Shown: positions 1-13,419, counted from the whole stretch's first letter. The stretch: DNA of 62,453 nucleotides, filler included, from Choristocarpus tenellus KU-1152 (GCA_964200185.2; 11 parts of 11 records of this genome joined end to end with filler, not necessarily neighbours in it), one strand, 5' to 3'. Notes: generated by a model from the sequence alone, not told the origin. Numbers and translations are program-made.

Positions 1-1700
1 GTGTATGATCGGGCTTAGGCCTGTGAGTTTGATTAAGGGACGGTTGAGGTTCTGCGAGGTAGGCTGACTCACAAGCACATCATAGCGGAGAACAGAAGAC
101 ATTGAGAGGCCAAGAAATAACAAAAATATACATTATTCAAGATGACCATGTGACTGAGGCAGAGGATTGACAGCAAACTTAAAACAGGATAGAGAGTGCG
201 GAAGTAAATGGTCGAGGTTCAGGGCTAGGACTGCAAGAGAGATGTCTGGTATAGGGTTAGGGACAAAAGGCAGGTGGGAGGGGATAGAGGAAGTTCAATA
301 TTTGTGGGTGAGGTCATGCACACATCGTTGCTCTTGAATATTTGTTAGTAGGGAATGGAGCAAATCAATTACTCTGTTGCTCACATGATGATTGTTTTCT
401 GACAATTGCATTTTGTGTTGCGTTCACAGATAATTCTGTGTATTGTATGTGAACAACCCAATGCGATGCACTCAAGGCTAGCAAATAGTATGTTGTTTGT
501 TGTTTCAGTACTCAAGTGGAGTGAAGGGGTTGGGTGGGCTTTATCGTTGTAGTACTACACCAGAAATATCTGCACGAATCTGCAACATAAAATTCAAGGT
601 ATGTTTAACAAAGAATCAAGAATAACACAAGGTGAGGCGGAGGTCATTACATCAATTGGGTGTGGGGTAATTGTGGTACAGGAAAGTCTCTGATATGGGG
701 GGTAGCATATCTACAGTGCTACGGTGTAGAGCATGAGCAGAGGGAACGTTGGTATCACTGCATGCGTCGTTCCTTCTTCATGGGGAAAGGGGCTAAGTCG
801 TGAACATCTCGTCTTGGCGGATATTTGGTGGGACATAGAATATCTGCAAGCTCGAAGCCCATCTTGATTGCACGCACAACCTGTTTCTTGAACGACCCAT
901 TTCGATAACCCGTACTCTCTACAGTTCAAAGTACCTCCAGATTAGGGTGTCTATCGATCTCTTTCTCAACGTGGGGGGGGAGATTATCACATACCCCTCT
1001 CAGGAAGTGAGGACCTTTGGACCGTGGGAACAGAGAGGATATAGGTAAGAAACCATCTAGGTATGAATTGGACGTGGGTGTGCCCCATGTGATAGAGGAC
1101 AGAAAAGATCAGGCGGTAGGGACGACTGGGTGTAGAGGGTGGAGGTTGCTTGCACATCACGCAGAGGGAAGTCAGTTCCTCTCATTCGACACTGAACTTA
1201 GCTAACACAGAACAGACATTCGGACTCAACAACAACTGATCACGGTTCATCACCCTACCTCCAAAAAATAAACAACGCCTTCGGCCAAGGCCGTAGGGTC
1301 CACAAAAGGCAGAGATGGACACTCTGGAGAGTGACACTCCAGCATGTTCTTCGTGGCGTGAACCTGAACCATCCACGGCATCGTCACCAGGCGTCCACCA
1401 CAAGACAGGACCGTCCGGTCACCGCATAGGTTCTGCACGTTTCTCTGGGTGAAGTCGTCCTATAACTGAGAGGTGTTGAATATTGTACAGGGGACGAAGT
1501 TAGCATAATCATGGAATCGAGGCGTGACTTTGGTCTAAGCTTCCCTGTCGTTGCCAATCCCGTCGCCTCTATTCATCGTAGCACAGGCGTTCGGACCAAC
1601 GCTTCACAGAACAGACTTCGAAACTGGCCCCCCCAGGGGGTTGCCAGTAACGGTTTTGGCATGCTTATATGTATGGTACACTACATATTATATTATACAA

Positions 1701-1748
1701 TACATACATACATACATACATACATACATACATACATACATACATACG
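1701..1748. repeat. (TACA)n microsatellite
   Basis: Perfect tetranucleotide run. It produces the spurious HTYI/MYVC ORFs. Confidence 0.97.
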
Positions 1749-3238
1749 ACTTCTTCCACTTGTTATAAATATTTATTAAAGGGTGATGTGATTTGTACAA
1801 GAAAGGGATAGATAGATCACATCCACCAAGTAACAAACCAACCGAGTCGACAAAGAAGAACAAACACATGTTCCATACTATACATAAATGCGAAGCTTGC
1901 ACATTGTATATATTTTTAGCTTTAATGAATTTTATTATCGGGTAATTTTGGCACGCTTAGTTAGCAAGGTCTGTCACCATGCTGTGACTACGTTGAGCTG
2001 ATCTCGTGATCATTCTTTATGTTAGAGGCGGTTCATATATACGTAACGGCCAATATTCATACCAGAGGCGGCGTCAACCTACACTTTGACATTATTGTTG
2101 GTAATGAAAAAAAGTATATATACAACAAACAGGACACAACAGACAACAGTGAGAGTTTCTCGTTCGCCGGTACGCTTTGCATGCTTACTTGCCTTTGACG
2201 TATGTATGTATATCCTCCACCATCGCATAGTCGGGTGCTTTAAGCTCCTCCACCTTTCGTTCCCCCCCTTCCACACACATGCAGTCGTTTTGTTAAGTAC
2301 AACAAGCCACTGAGCGTGTCGAGGAGATAGATAATGAAAGATCACACAAAATAAAAGAAATTACATTGATGTAAGGCGTCTTGGGGGACTCCGCTGCTAC
2401 CATAACACGACAATACTGCTCAGAAGTACTAGGAACTAACTCTTCAAAATGCTACTAGCATCAGATATTTTGGCAATTGAATGCATACGTTTGCATCCAT
2501 AATTCGTTTGTACGTAATATATTTTATGAAGGACCACCTACCCGTATTGAAGGAGGCTCGAAATCATGAATGGAAACAAAGGATTACGACTGCCATGCAA
2601 CTAAACTCCCTTCTACTATGTATTGCAACAGCAACTTGCTGCTTGGAATGCTCTAAAAACATCGTCATGGATTAAACTAAACACATGTTGTCGCCGCCAT
2701 CACCCGCGGCAGTTATTACTATCCGCCACAACAAATATGCATACTCGGCTCTCAATACACACCGCTTCTTCTCCAAGAGGCCTACGAGGTATACTTAACT
2801 TACACAAATATCTGCCACATGCTTGCTAATCCGGCGTCTCTAAATTCCTCTGCGACAGGGCCAAAAGTGTGCAGCGGTAGGTCTAACCCGCGTCTTTAGC
2901 TCCAGCGTTTGCCATGGAGCCAAAGGTCTCTTCCGTGCCGCCGTACTGCTCCGTCCTGAATCCGCTTCAAGGACTGGTCCTTCCACGGCCGTCTTTAAGG
3001 GCACCCCCGTACATGCACCTGCACCGGCAGACGCCCCCCCCCCCCCCCCCCCCCCCCCCACCCCCCCCCCTCCCCCCCCCCCCCCNNNNNNNNNNNNNNN
3101 NNNNNNNNNNNNNNNNNNNNNNNNNNNNNTTAATTAATTAANNNNNNNNNNNNNNNNNNNNNNNNNNNNNNNNNNNNNNNNNNNNCATCACCGGCCCCCC
3201 CCTCCCCCCTGCACTTTCTTTTGGTTCCATTTGGCATT

Positions 3239-3421
3239 GACCCAAAGTAACGGGGGGGGGGGGAGGGGTCTACACCAGGGTGTCCATTTCGGCCAAAATC
3301 GGGAAAAGCATTCTTACATTATCCATCCGACGTATGCAACCAAATCACCCAAAAGTTGCGACATGAAAAAATTGTCCCCAAATGGACAGCCGCCACCCCC
3401 CCCCCCGAGGTACTTTGAGCC
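3239..3421 (+). mobile_element. MITE family A, full copy (183 bp), TSD CATT
   Basis: Runs GACCCAAAGTA-G-tract ... C-tract-TACTTTGAGCC. CATT at 3235-3238 and 3422-3425. Internal sequence shared with many other copies. Confidence 0.93.
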
Positions 3422-3753
3422 CATTGCTCTCCTGAAAGCCTCGAAACCTATCGGCTGTTATAGGGTTAGGGTTTAGTGCATGATGGGGTATGATCACACA
3501 AGATAGAAATGATGGTGCGTGTCAAATTGCTTGCACTCCTAGAGGTGTACAGAGCACTGAACCAGAGTATCAGAACGTCAACTGCTCCACCCACAAACAA
3601 CTTTGGTGCACGGAAATCAGGAATTTTCAGTGTGGTGCGTATAACCTGAGCAAAAAGCATCCCCTATCTCAATCACTGCTTGAAGTCATCAACGGCCTGC
3701 TTGCCTGCCTGCCTGCCTACCTGTGCATTATTTTCCTGGTACTTTTCTTCCAG

Positions 3754-3939
3754 GCCTTGTTCATTGCCGGTGGAAATTCACGCTATGTGCGCTCCCAACA
3801 TCTCGGCAAGATTGGATCGTTTTTTCCACGGTTTGTACTCCAAACAGTAAAGGGAGCCGGACATTGGGTTCATGCTGATAAGCCTGAGGAGACAACAGAG
3901 ATTGTCAAGATGTTCCTTGACAGGGATGAGCTTCCCTAA
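3754..3939 (+). CDS. Last exon of an alpha/beta-hydrolase (ABHD11/YbfF-like esterase); upstream exons not on this contig
   Basis: Polypyrimidine tract plus CAG acceptor at 3753. Translates ALFIAGGNSRYV...FFP...VKGAGHWVHADKPEETTEIVKMFL..stop, with the catalytic-His motif GAGHWVHA typical of this family. Confidence 0.9.
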   Translation, partial: ALFIAGGNSRYVRSQHLGKIGSFFPRFVLQTVKGAGHWVHADKPEETTEIVKMFLDRDELP

Positions 3940-4972
3940 GGCCCTGGTGACAGCTGTCTTGTAGGGTCTTGAGAGAGGAGCGAGGCAATGAAGGCATAGC
4001 CAGATTGCTGAAGATGTTGCGTTGTTGGTCTTGTATCACGCACCACTTTAGTGCTAATGTCTCTATCTATCACACTTAGGTTTGTTGATTGATCTGCTTC
4101 ATTCCTCTTTTGGCGGTAGGTGGAGGATGTGACTAGTTCATCTCAGCACTGGGGACATGATGTCCGCATCCACCTCTGACCGCCCTTTCCCATGCGCACA
4201 ACTCCTGCTTCCAGCCAAACGCATTTTCAATAGCTTCAGATATTTAATGTGTATTGAGTCATAGCGGCAAGTCATTCCTTGTCTTTGTAGGTGCACATTT
4301 TGAGCTTGCCCTTCTTGGCAGGGTCGATTGAGAGTCTCGTGTTTCAATATTGAAGTGGTGTAGGACCATTCGATCCACCTACAGTTTTAGGTGCTATAAC
4401 GTACTTTCAAAAAGTTTTAATTTAGTCGCTCTACTACATTATTTGGTGTTTTGTAGCCTCCAGGAATGAAGTATCTCAACCCTGCTTTTTAGGATGTGGC
4501 CAATGGTGAAGGGCGCTCAGGTGCAGGTGGGTTTAATTATTCTATCGTGAATGCTATTTTATGCTTCATATATCCATTATATGCACCAAATCGCTTTACA
4601 AGTTTGTACAGAAAATGCGGGTCTTAACCCCCCGCTGGGAACGGATTGATGCCAAGATTGAGGTTATAGAACAAGTGATAAGGCTGAAATGTGTCTGATT
4701 GGTCCAATGTTACATATATAGACCATTCCATCGGCTAATTGGTGCTCTCCATCATTTCCCCCCCTTCCTGTTGCACCCCATGCATCTTGACATATTTTTA
4801 GACTGGAGTACTCAGTCAGGTATCTCAAGAACTTGGGGATAACAGATTTGTTCTATTTCGATTGCCTTTTTTTTACTGTGAACCGTATATACTTCTCACC
4901 ATGGTATAGACTGGGTGGTATCTCTTCCTGAACAGCGTACAGTAGTAACTACAGTGGTGCAATTGTGGATCT

Positions 4973-4997
4973 GGGTTAGGGTTAGGGTTAGGGTTAG
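4973..4997 (+). repeat. Interstitial telomere-type (TTAGGG)n tract
   Basis: GGGTTAGGGTTAGGGTTAGGGTTAG. Confidence 0.9.
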
Positions 4998-5639
4998 ACA
5001 CCTGGCCGAGTCTTCCAAACCACTCTAAACGTAAGGCTTTCTTCTTCAAGTATCTTCATGCTTGCATATTTGACTATTTTCTTCATGTGCATCCGAGGTC
5101 CTGACTTAGTGGGTCAAGTGCATGAGACATCTTTCCTTAGGTTTGGTGTCTTGGTACCTATAATCAGAATGCCTCTCTTTTTCTCCCTTTTTGTAGATAA
5201 AAGCCATTTCGGCTTTCGGGTCCTTGTTTTGATCAAATATTTTCTACTTGCTTGGATGCTGTCTCATAAAGTAAAATAATAGTATACTGTATTCCGTAAT
5301 GTATATACCAGATATAGCAGCTCAACCACTTTTTGCCTGGCGAGGTAGTGCGGAAGAGTGTTTCATTGGTTGGTTGCTTTCTTGCCGTAAGAGCAGGGTG
5401 GCATTGAACCTCAACCGTCAGGTTAGAAGAGAGGTGGAATTTGTAATGGGAAGCCAGTTTTTCAAAGGTAGAGACTGAGAAAATGAGTTCCAGTGGCAAA
5501 CCCATAGGAGACTATCAAAGGGGACCCCCAAGGTTAGGAATATGGATCGAGTCTCTTATTTTATACTCCAAAATGTATACTCCAGAAATATATCCTAAGA
5601 TTCGTGTGATTGTGATTCTCTTGGTTGTCTGAGAAGTCT

Positions 5640-6470
5640 ACCAAGAGCATCGTGTACACAGTCAATCCTATACAGAACCACCGACTAGATAGAGTTGATG
5701 TGATCACACCCACTCGTCATCTGGATATACTGCTACTAGCTGTGACATCCTGATCAGGGTTGCGACATTGCAAGATTACCCTGCAACTAGTTGAGTCATG
5801 CTGAGTGGTACACAATTTTTGAGCTTTTATCATAATGTGCCTTTTTCTAACACCTGAGCAATACACCCCGTTTTCATGTTTTAATTGCACAATAGAAACC
5901 CCAACAAAGGGTGTGGCTGTAGGATAGAGACAGACAAAAAAAATCACCACAGTTGAGTATAGATGCCTTTTTTATTCATTATGCACAAAAAGTCACATGC
6001 TTCAACCATTTCTCCGAATCCTTTTAATGCAACACGTATGCATACCTCTCGATTAGTATTATTCATTTGTTGCATAGGGTAATTTCTTGTAGCAGACGAT
6101 GGTACAAAGAACAAGGAAGCGACTCTTCTATATATTGCCGCATGATACTTGGAGCAAATACGCCTAACCCTGTCATATCTATGCAGACTAGCTCAATCCT
6201 CTATACGGGAATAATATGCCTACGAGATGGAGGTCAAGGACATGCCAAGGTTAAAGTGTGAGTACAGACAATCCCTTCCTCTTGATGTTATTTTCCGAAA
6301 CCTACTGCATGCAGTATCATTAACCCGACCCCCTTCTAGACGCCGTACCTGCCTTGGAGTATAGCACAAACACAAAACGATGGCTTTGAAAAATGTCCAC
6401 ACTTTTTTTAGACTCAATAAGCGAGAAAGAATCATACACGGCTTGGCTAGCAGGGTTTCTCTCAATTAAT
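5640..6470 (-). mobile_element. Highly degenerate piggyBac-like (DDE_Tnp_1_7) transposase relic
   Basis: Motif-like fragments in the expected order across several frames: VWTFFKAIVLCLCYTPR..SRFRKITSRGR..SHFN, MRQYI, VSIVQLKHENGVYCSGVRKR, SGCDHINSI..YRID. Many stops and frameshifts. Confidence 0.4.
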
Positions 6471-7871
6471 TTTTTTCTACTCCAAATCTAAGACATACGT
6501 ATCAGTTAGAGACTTGGAAGTGGTCTTAAGTTTAAAGTTGTGAAAGATTTAACCAAGCCTAACACACAGAGACAGATTTGTACAAGATATACCCAGAAAA
6601 AAGTTCCGACTGCAGTAACGATGATGTTGACCCAGGCAAGATCTCTTTAGTCTCAATTAACTTTTTCATCATCTACTATACTAGCGGGTCTCTCACTGGT
6701 CAAAACCTAACTGGTCTTACTTAGGTCACCTTCCTCAGCGAACAAAATCTGTAAACGGAACCCTTCCTCTGTTGTTTGTAAGGTATGCAGAGGTCAAGGT
6801 TCACCTAAGCAAATGTGTTTATATCTACTATTGTTCACAACGTTCAGGGTCGTGACATTTTGTAACGATGTTGCTTGGAGGTGAGACGGCTAGTTGCAGG
6901 GGTAGAATTGGTTGAGTGGTGGGTATGCGTTTGCCACTAAATTTCGGTTGTGACTGGTGTAGTGAGATGTTGAAAGTTTTAACAGCTGTAGAAGAGGAGT
7001 GTGGAGTGTAGATATGTATGCAGCATTAAATTTGGTGCACTGTGCAATACGATGTTGACTGGAAGTGAGAGGGGTACTCGCAGGGGTAGAAAATGTTGCT
7101 TTGGTGGAGCGTATGCTTATGGCGTGAATTTTTGGCGGTTGCATGGTGCAAGGTGATGTTAGATGTTACAGTACGTGTATGAGTAGAGCTGTATACGTCA
7201 GAGGTGTGTGCGTTGCATTTGAGGTATTATATTTGGGTGTTTGGTGCAATGTGATGTTGGAAGTTGACACATTTCTAGGATTAGGACATTTAATGTATGG
7301 GGAGGGGCGTGATTTGTGGCATGAAGGTAGGGAGTGTTGAAATATCGGGGAAGTCGGACTCTTGGGCATTGTGAGTCTCGAAGAAGAGGTAAGAGATGTT
7401 GATTGATGTACCCAGGTGTCTTGATGATATTTACTCTTTACAGTCCTTCTTCTATCTATGCATGTGATAGGTTGCTTTCCAAGAGTAGCTCCTGAGAGGA
7501 AAACAAGAGAAAGAAGTAGAAGTGAAGTGAAGAGAGACAAGTGAGCTTTGACGATCCCCAACATGATCAAGAAACGTTCAACCAAGGGAATCCACCATAT
7601 GTCAATGCCACTATTTCGGTCCAGTCAAACAGTCATACAAAAATGTATTGCTTCGTATCAGCACATCCGATACATTGTACATACAATATCGTTCTACATA
7701 TTACGACTGAAAGCTGTGAGCGCTACAGAATACTGTGATTGCTCTAAATCTTGTACTCCGTATGATGCTATGGGACTAACTCTGTGGCTTCAAGGTCTTC
7801 GCCATGCGCTCTGGACCTTCTTGATGGACTTCCTGAACCTCTTCCACCTTCATTTCTAACATGGTGGAATT

Positions 7872-8145
7872 GGCCAATAGTATCCTAGAAGGGGGGTAAG
7901 GTGTCCATTTGGGCCCGGTGTGAAACTGCAGTGATTTTCATGTCATCCTAATGAACGTGTCATATGTAAGGGCAATTTCCCTCATCTGAATGCACATTCC
8001 TTTTCCATCCCCACTGCCCCGAACCAAATCCGAAGGAAAATCACTCGAAAAAACGGGCATCAAGCTGTGGTATCTCACAACACCCCATCAAGCCCCAAAT
8101 GGACAATTTGGGCTAAACATTCCCCTCTCTGAGATACTATGGCAC
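7872..8145. mobile_element. MITE family D (274 bp), relative of A/B, TSD AATT
   Basis: GGCCAATAGTATC ... GATACTATGGCAC. Subterminal GTCCATTTGGG / CCCAAATGGAC pair. AATT at 7868-7871 and 8146-8149. Confidence 0.75.
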
Positions 8146-8179
8146 AATTTGCTGTGCGATGTAGTTACTTGCTACTTCA

Positions 8180-8555
8180 TACATCATAACATTTTGAGTG
8201 GGAAAATGTCAAAGAGGGTGAAGACGATCTTCACTCATTGGCCCATGGGTATTGTGAAGGGTGAAAGTTTGATGTTGTCAGTTGACACAGTTGTAAGATG
8301 AGGACTCCCTTACGCTTAAGCTGGTGAAGATTTTCTCTTAGTACTGTATAGGTGGTCAATACTCCTTTTAGGCAGTGGTAGAAAATGGTCAAGAATCTAT
8401 CCTTTCTACCACAATAACACTGAAAATCCAAAGAGAAAGATGTAAGAAAAAAAGGGCGGCTGATGGAGACATCGAAAGATTCAAGGCGAGGTTGGTGGCA
8501 CGGGAATTTTCCCAACAAGGAGTAGACTACCTTAGGACGTTCAGTTCAGTGGTGT
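8180..8555 (+). mobile_element. Ty1/Copia reverse transcriptase fragment
   Basis: KKKRAADGDIERFKARLVAREFSQQGVDYLRTFSSVV matches the Copia KARLVARGFxQxxGVDYxETFSPV motif. Confidence 0.85.
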
Positions 8556-9089
8556 TCTCGCACAGCCCCCTTCCCCCAGCGTGACCTATCGACGACAGTC
8601 TCCAAGTGGACCAGGTCTCCAATGACTGTCCTGCGACCCTGGTCCAGTCAGCAAGTTTCTTCAGATTGATCTCCATGTCGCTGAAGCTCATAACCTGTGC
8701 AATTTACCTTGGAAGGTATTGCCATTTGATCAGTAGTAGTGAAGACAAGCAGATGGGGAGTCTCACACGACCTCCTTCACTGAACGTGACAAGAATGGGC
8801 GGATGAAATCAGAAGATTGACCTTGTGGGGTGTCTTCTTGTTGCTTTTTATTTATATTATTATGCCTTACGACATTTTGCAGATGTGGCAGTGGAAAAAA
8901 CAATGAAAAGTCAACTTGTTTTAAATGTGAAAGCTATATTTCTATTTAATATTTTACTACCAGTTATGCTACACCACTCCCCTCCTATGCCTCCAACCCA
9001 GCTTAGCCCTACACGTGTGGACGAGGAGCCAGTGAAGCATCCCAAGAATCTGACAGATCCCTCCTTGTACATCTCACTGGTATATCCAG

Positions 9090-9845
9090 CTTAAAACACG
9101 TGAATGTCTTGATAGAGCCACTTGTGTAGTGACAGACACTATCAGTGGTAAACGGGATTTGACAGTCCCTTTCCTGCTATAGCCTCCTCCTCCCCCGTAC
9201 CGCATGTGTAGCCTGCTCATCCAGAAACCTTTCTGCTTGCTTACCGAGCCGCCCAAAACTTTCGACCGTGAAGGTGTTGAGGTTAAAACTACGAGGGTCA
9301 AAAGAACCATCTTAGTGGGTGCGCGTTCGCGCCTCAGCTGCAGTAGCAGCTACACTATTGCTGGTGGATGAATGGATTAGATGGGAGGCTGCTTGCTTCT
9401 GTAAATGTGACATCCAGGAGGAGGCCTTTATCCCCATACAGGGATGATCCGGTGTCCGCACGTGCCCCAGCATGAAAGACCAGATCCGTATGGAAATTCC
9501 TGTCCACTTTGAATGGGCTACAGTCCTCCATAGTAAATGATGCTCACTCCTTTGCAGAGTTTACTTAGACGCTTCACCATTGTTATGTGTGTGGAGGACC
9601 TGTCCTCCTGGCAGGTACGAGCATGTCAGGTGTCCACATTAGGCCTCCTGCACCTAGCCATTGGGGAACTGTTAGATAAGGCCTCCTCCCTCCCTAGGGA
9701 TCTGCTGGCGGTGAGTCTATACTCTATGAGAGGAATCTGGCTAGCTGGGGTCAAGGGTTGTGTAAAGGTTAATGCATTTGCCCCTTGTCCACACTGGCTC
9801 CGATGGCGGGCCAGGGTGTTGAAGAAGCTGATCTTTCCCAAGCCT
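9090..9845 (-). mobile_element. 3' end of an RLE-type (CRE-like) non-LTR retrotransposon, degenerate
   Basis: Zinc-knuckle-like CRRPNVDT*HARTC..H, then DKGLLLDVTFTE and TFTVESFGRLGKQAERFLDE (restriction-like endonuclease signature). Confidence 0.7.
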
Positions 9846-9889
9846 TGTGTATGTAAATAACTTGATTAATTCTTTGGTGGGTAGAAGAG

Positions 9890-10148
9890 GAGTGAAAGTA
9901 TTTTAGAGGGTACGAGTTTTGCCCTGTTTATCCGTTTGGGGCTTGGCTTTCCACAGGTCTTTAATTACATTCTACCTACTCCAAAACATTTCGGAGTAGG
10001 TAAATGTATACATGATGAAAAGGTGTATACAAAACGAGGGTATTCACGCGCTTCTTAACAAACACGATAACCAAAATTACATTAAAAACTCAACATTGGA
10101 TTTTGGCCCCCAAACGGACGCACCTCTACCCTCTAGATACTTTGACTC
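9890..10148 (+). mobile_element. MITE family B, full length (259 bp), TSD not preserved
   Basis: GAGTGAAAGTATTTTAGAGGGTA ... TACCCTCTAGATACTTTGACTC, with internal CCTACTCC/GGAGTAGG hairpin. Confidence 0.92.
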
Positions 10149-10552
10149 TTAACAATGAGAGGAATGTAGGGTATTATTCATATATCTTCCTTTCAATCGA
10201 ACACATCCATTTCCATTCCTTGTGCAACTCGAACTGTTGGAGACGTTCATGCCGTACCATCGTATCTGATTAACCCCACTATTTTGACCTGAATTTCCCC
10301 CCCCCCGCTCCTTTTATTGGCTTGAAGTGATGATCCCACTATTGGGCACTATACATTCTTTCGTCACTTTCCTTCACTGTTGTGACTTGTTGATGATTGT
10401 AGCAAAGATACCCACTAATCCTCCTTAAACAGTTATGCATCGTAGTCCCAATCCCTACTCTTTTTTTTTCTAGCAATCTAAAGACCTCAAATGTAACCTA
10501 CCATTGTAAGCAGTAGCCCTTTATTCACAAGGTTATCTCAAATTTGTGAGCA

Positions 10553-10628
10553 TGTATGTATGTATGTATGTATGTATGTATGTATGTATGTATGTATGTA
10601 TGTATGTATGTATGTATGTATGTATGTA
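10553..10628. repeat. (TATG)n microsatellite
   Basis: Perfect tetranucleotide run. Confidence 0.97.
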
Positions 10629-13419
10629 TATATGTACTCGAGTACGTATTTATGTATGTCTTTCTTCAGGTTTGCGGTAGAATAGTTGAAGTACAATAAT
10701 ACTCTGGAGCGATAGAAATATACCAATGTCCATCTCTCCTTGAATTCCTACCCAACAACCGAATCACATTGTTCCTTGTTATCTGTTCAAGAAGGATTTA
10801 TTTTTGTGTACGTATTGTGTATATATAGCCTTTCTACCCTGAGATTTAAACCACACCTCGTGGTTGAGGCTGCACCTTTACTTCTACTGTTCCACCCGTT
10901 GAAACATTGGCTTGCTATCCAACAACTAAGGGACATACCTAGCGAACGCACAAGAACAGCGAAAGGAATTGCAGGTTGAGTGAGCTTTTTTTATTTTTCC
11001 GGTATGAAGACCCCACCCCTTGCCTCTCTCCTCCTTCGGTCCACCACACCACCAGTAATGTCAAAGATCACCCCCTGCTTACCATCTGATACACAATAAT
11101 GCCTATGGATCACTATTGCTTTTCGAAACAAATCGCTCTCTATGTTAACTTGTTATTCTTATTGTGTTGTGGTATACCACTAGATCCCGTAGATGATACA
11201 TTTTGCATCAAGGAAACGTCTGCAATATATTTGCTTTACTTTTTTTTTTCTACTGCAAATGCACATTCTTTTATTGGTTGCGTAGTTCGTCGACTGAAGG
11301 CAATCATACATTTCCGTGTCAACAAACAGTAGCGTTACACTCTTCCCAAGACAACAAAGGATAAGAGGGAGCGGGAAGAGAGGAATGTGCGGTCTGATGC
11401 TTCGGGCAATACTGAGGATGAGGAGACTACTGAGGTTGCCGTGGAGGAAGAGCGAGAGGAGTGGAATCAAAAGCCCATATCAATCGCAACAACCTATGGG
11501 TACGAGGTACATTTGTTCCAGGTTATTGGTCTTAATTGTGATTTTCATAAACATCATGATGAGCTTCAAGTCCCTAGATTTTGTAGGTCGTGATTCTCGA
11601 ATACCATTATACTTGGTATTATTTAGTAATTGTGAGACCATTCATCGCCCATGTCTCAGTCTGTTACATACCTCGATCAATCCATAAATTCAGTCATCGA
11701 AGTGAGAGATCCAATGCATTTCATTATATTTTCATGATGACGCCGTCTTTGGGGCTCGTCGCCTGCTACACACTTGCAGATTGGAGTTACACATCCCATT
11801 AAGACAAACTGCTGGGAACGTTTGTAACAGATGATGGGATCGAAATTGACGATGATGACAGCAAAGCCGACGAATCACACTTGAACAGGATTGGAAATGC
11901 CTCTTCCATTGATCTCGAGAAAAGGGGTGATAAAGGAAGGCCTGCCTGTGTCTTTTCTTGGAGGATGAAGTGCTCTCCCTTCCCTACGGTCTGAAGAAGG
12001 GAGTAGTGCTGTAGTAGTTGAGTAATTGAGATGGAAATAGAAAAATATGGCTTGGTTGGTTTTGTGAGGACAGTGGGGAGGGGCAAGGCAGGGCAATGGG
12101 GGGACTGGAAGGAGGTAGGTTTGAAACCAATTGGAGGGGGTTGGTGGGAAAGAGGTCGTGTTGATTTTGTAAACGGTTCAGTTTTGAACATTTTCTTTTT
12201 TAGGGGTGGCAGTATCTCTTCATCGTGCAAGCATCTCTGTTCATAGTACCGTTCAATGTTATATTATGAATGTTTTTTTAATATTTTGTGCGAGTAGTAT
12301 ACTTCTATGGTAATAATGATACTGGCATATGATTTAGGGATGTGCAGCAGGGACACATTCCGGAAAATACATTAGATGTAACCTCTTGGAAGACTCACCG
12401 CATACCTCCGGCGGTAGTAGTAGTGCTGACAGACACTCTTGCGAACTTCTCCGAGATACGTTTCGAGGTATCGAAAATGCTCCCCGTCCAGAATCGTACA
12501 TCCACTGCAATAATTATCTGTCCGCTACTCTTCACATTATTGCAGTTCGTTTGAACCCGCGAGCTGCATGTCTGTCCATCAGTCAAAGTCCTGAGTTTGA
12601 CTGACTTGTCATTGAGAAGCACTTCGAAGCAGTGTCGGCTCCACTATTTCATTGTCAATGCTTGCTCTCTCAGTAGCCTGCTTAGCATTTGTTGCGGATG
12701 TGCTGGGAGGCGCTCTGTCTGGTGGCCTCTATGTTGAACCCTTTCAGGGGTTTTTGTAGGAATCGGTTTGATCCAAATGGTCAACAATTTTGTTCCAACT
12801 TCCTGGTGGTGTACATAGGTGTGAAGGAACTCCTGTAAGGCAGACGCCCACACCCATTTGATCGTATTTCCAGCCCTGAACTGCATGATTGAGAATTGCG
12901 TTTTTTGGACTCTGTGCGCTTGTTTTCATGCCCTCTCACGCTCCCCGTACGCCTCCAGAATGCTCGCTTGAGCTTGGTCACTTGCTCACCGCCCTCCTGG
13001 CCAAACTAGGAGGATCAGAAGATCCGCTGATCTCTCCAAGGGCCACATACAGAAGGGGAACATTTTCCCGTTATGGAGCAGTGGCTGCGTCGGACAGGTT
13101 GCCAGAATGGAATACCGTATCCACGGGAAAATAATTCTGGTCGATGTTGAAGGACTCCTCTTTCCTCGTATTTCTATCCGACTTGTATGTGACAATACTA
13201 TGGAAGGAAAGTGTGTAATTAAGAGATCCTAATGGAGCACATGGTCGGTCTCGAAGTAGATCAGGGGTAGAGCGATGGTCTGTAGGTGGATATCGGTCAA
13301 CCATTGGTCCGGAGTTCGAATCTCCGCTTCGAAATCATGCTTTTCCCGATCCATGTCGTGTAGACCATGGACCAATATCCACTACGCTGGTTGTACACAC
13401 TGTGGTTCTCTACCCAAAA

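Noticed and set aside
700-1450. Possible tyrosine-recombinase (DIRS/Ngaro) remnant (SSKYLQIRVSIDLF vs HSLRIGGAT)
   Set aside because: The similarity is too weak and the catalytic residues are absent.
2840-3061. GC-rich minus-strand ORF at the contig end
   Set aside because: It could be a terminal exon, but it is low complexity with no domain and no supportable splice sites.
3130-3141. Recurrent TTAATTAATTAA palindrome (PacI-like) between N runs
   Set aside because: It is an artificial six-frame-stop linker used to concatenate contigs. ORFs ending in X..LIN are artefacts.
11350-11995. Acidic exon-like stretches (EDEETTEVAVEEEREEWNQKP; DDGIEIDDDDSK)
   Set aside because: They look coding, but I could not join them in phase or assign a family.
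12340-13330. Cluster of overlapping short ORFs, perhaps a retroelement RNase H remnant
   Set aside because: No unambiguous motif.
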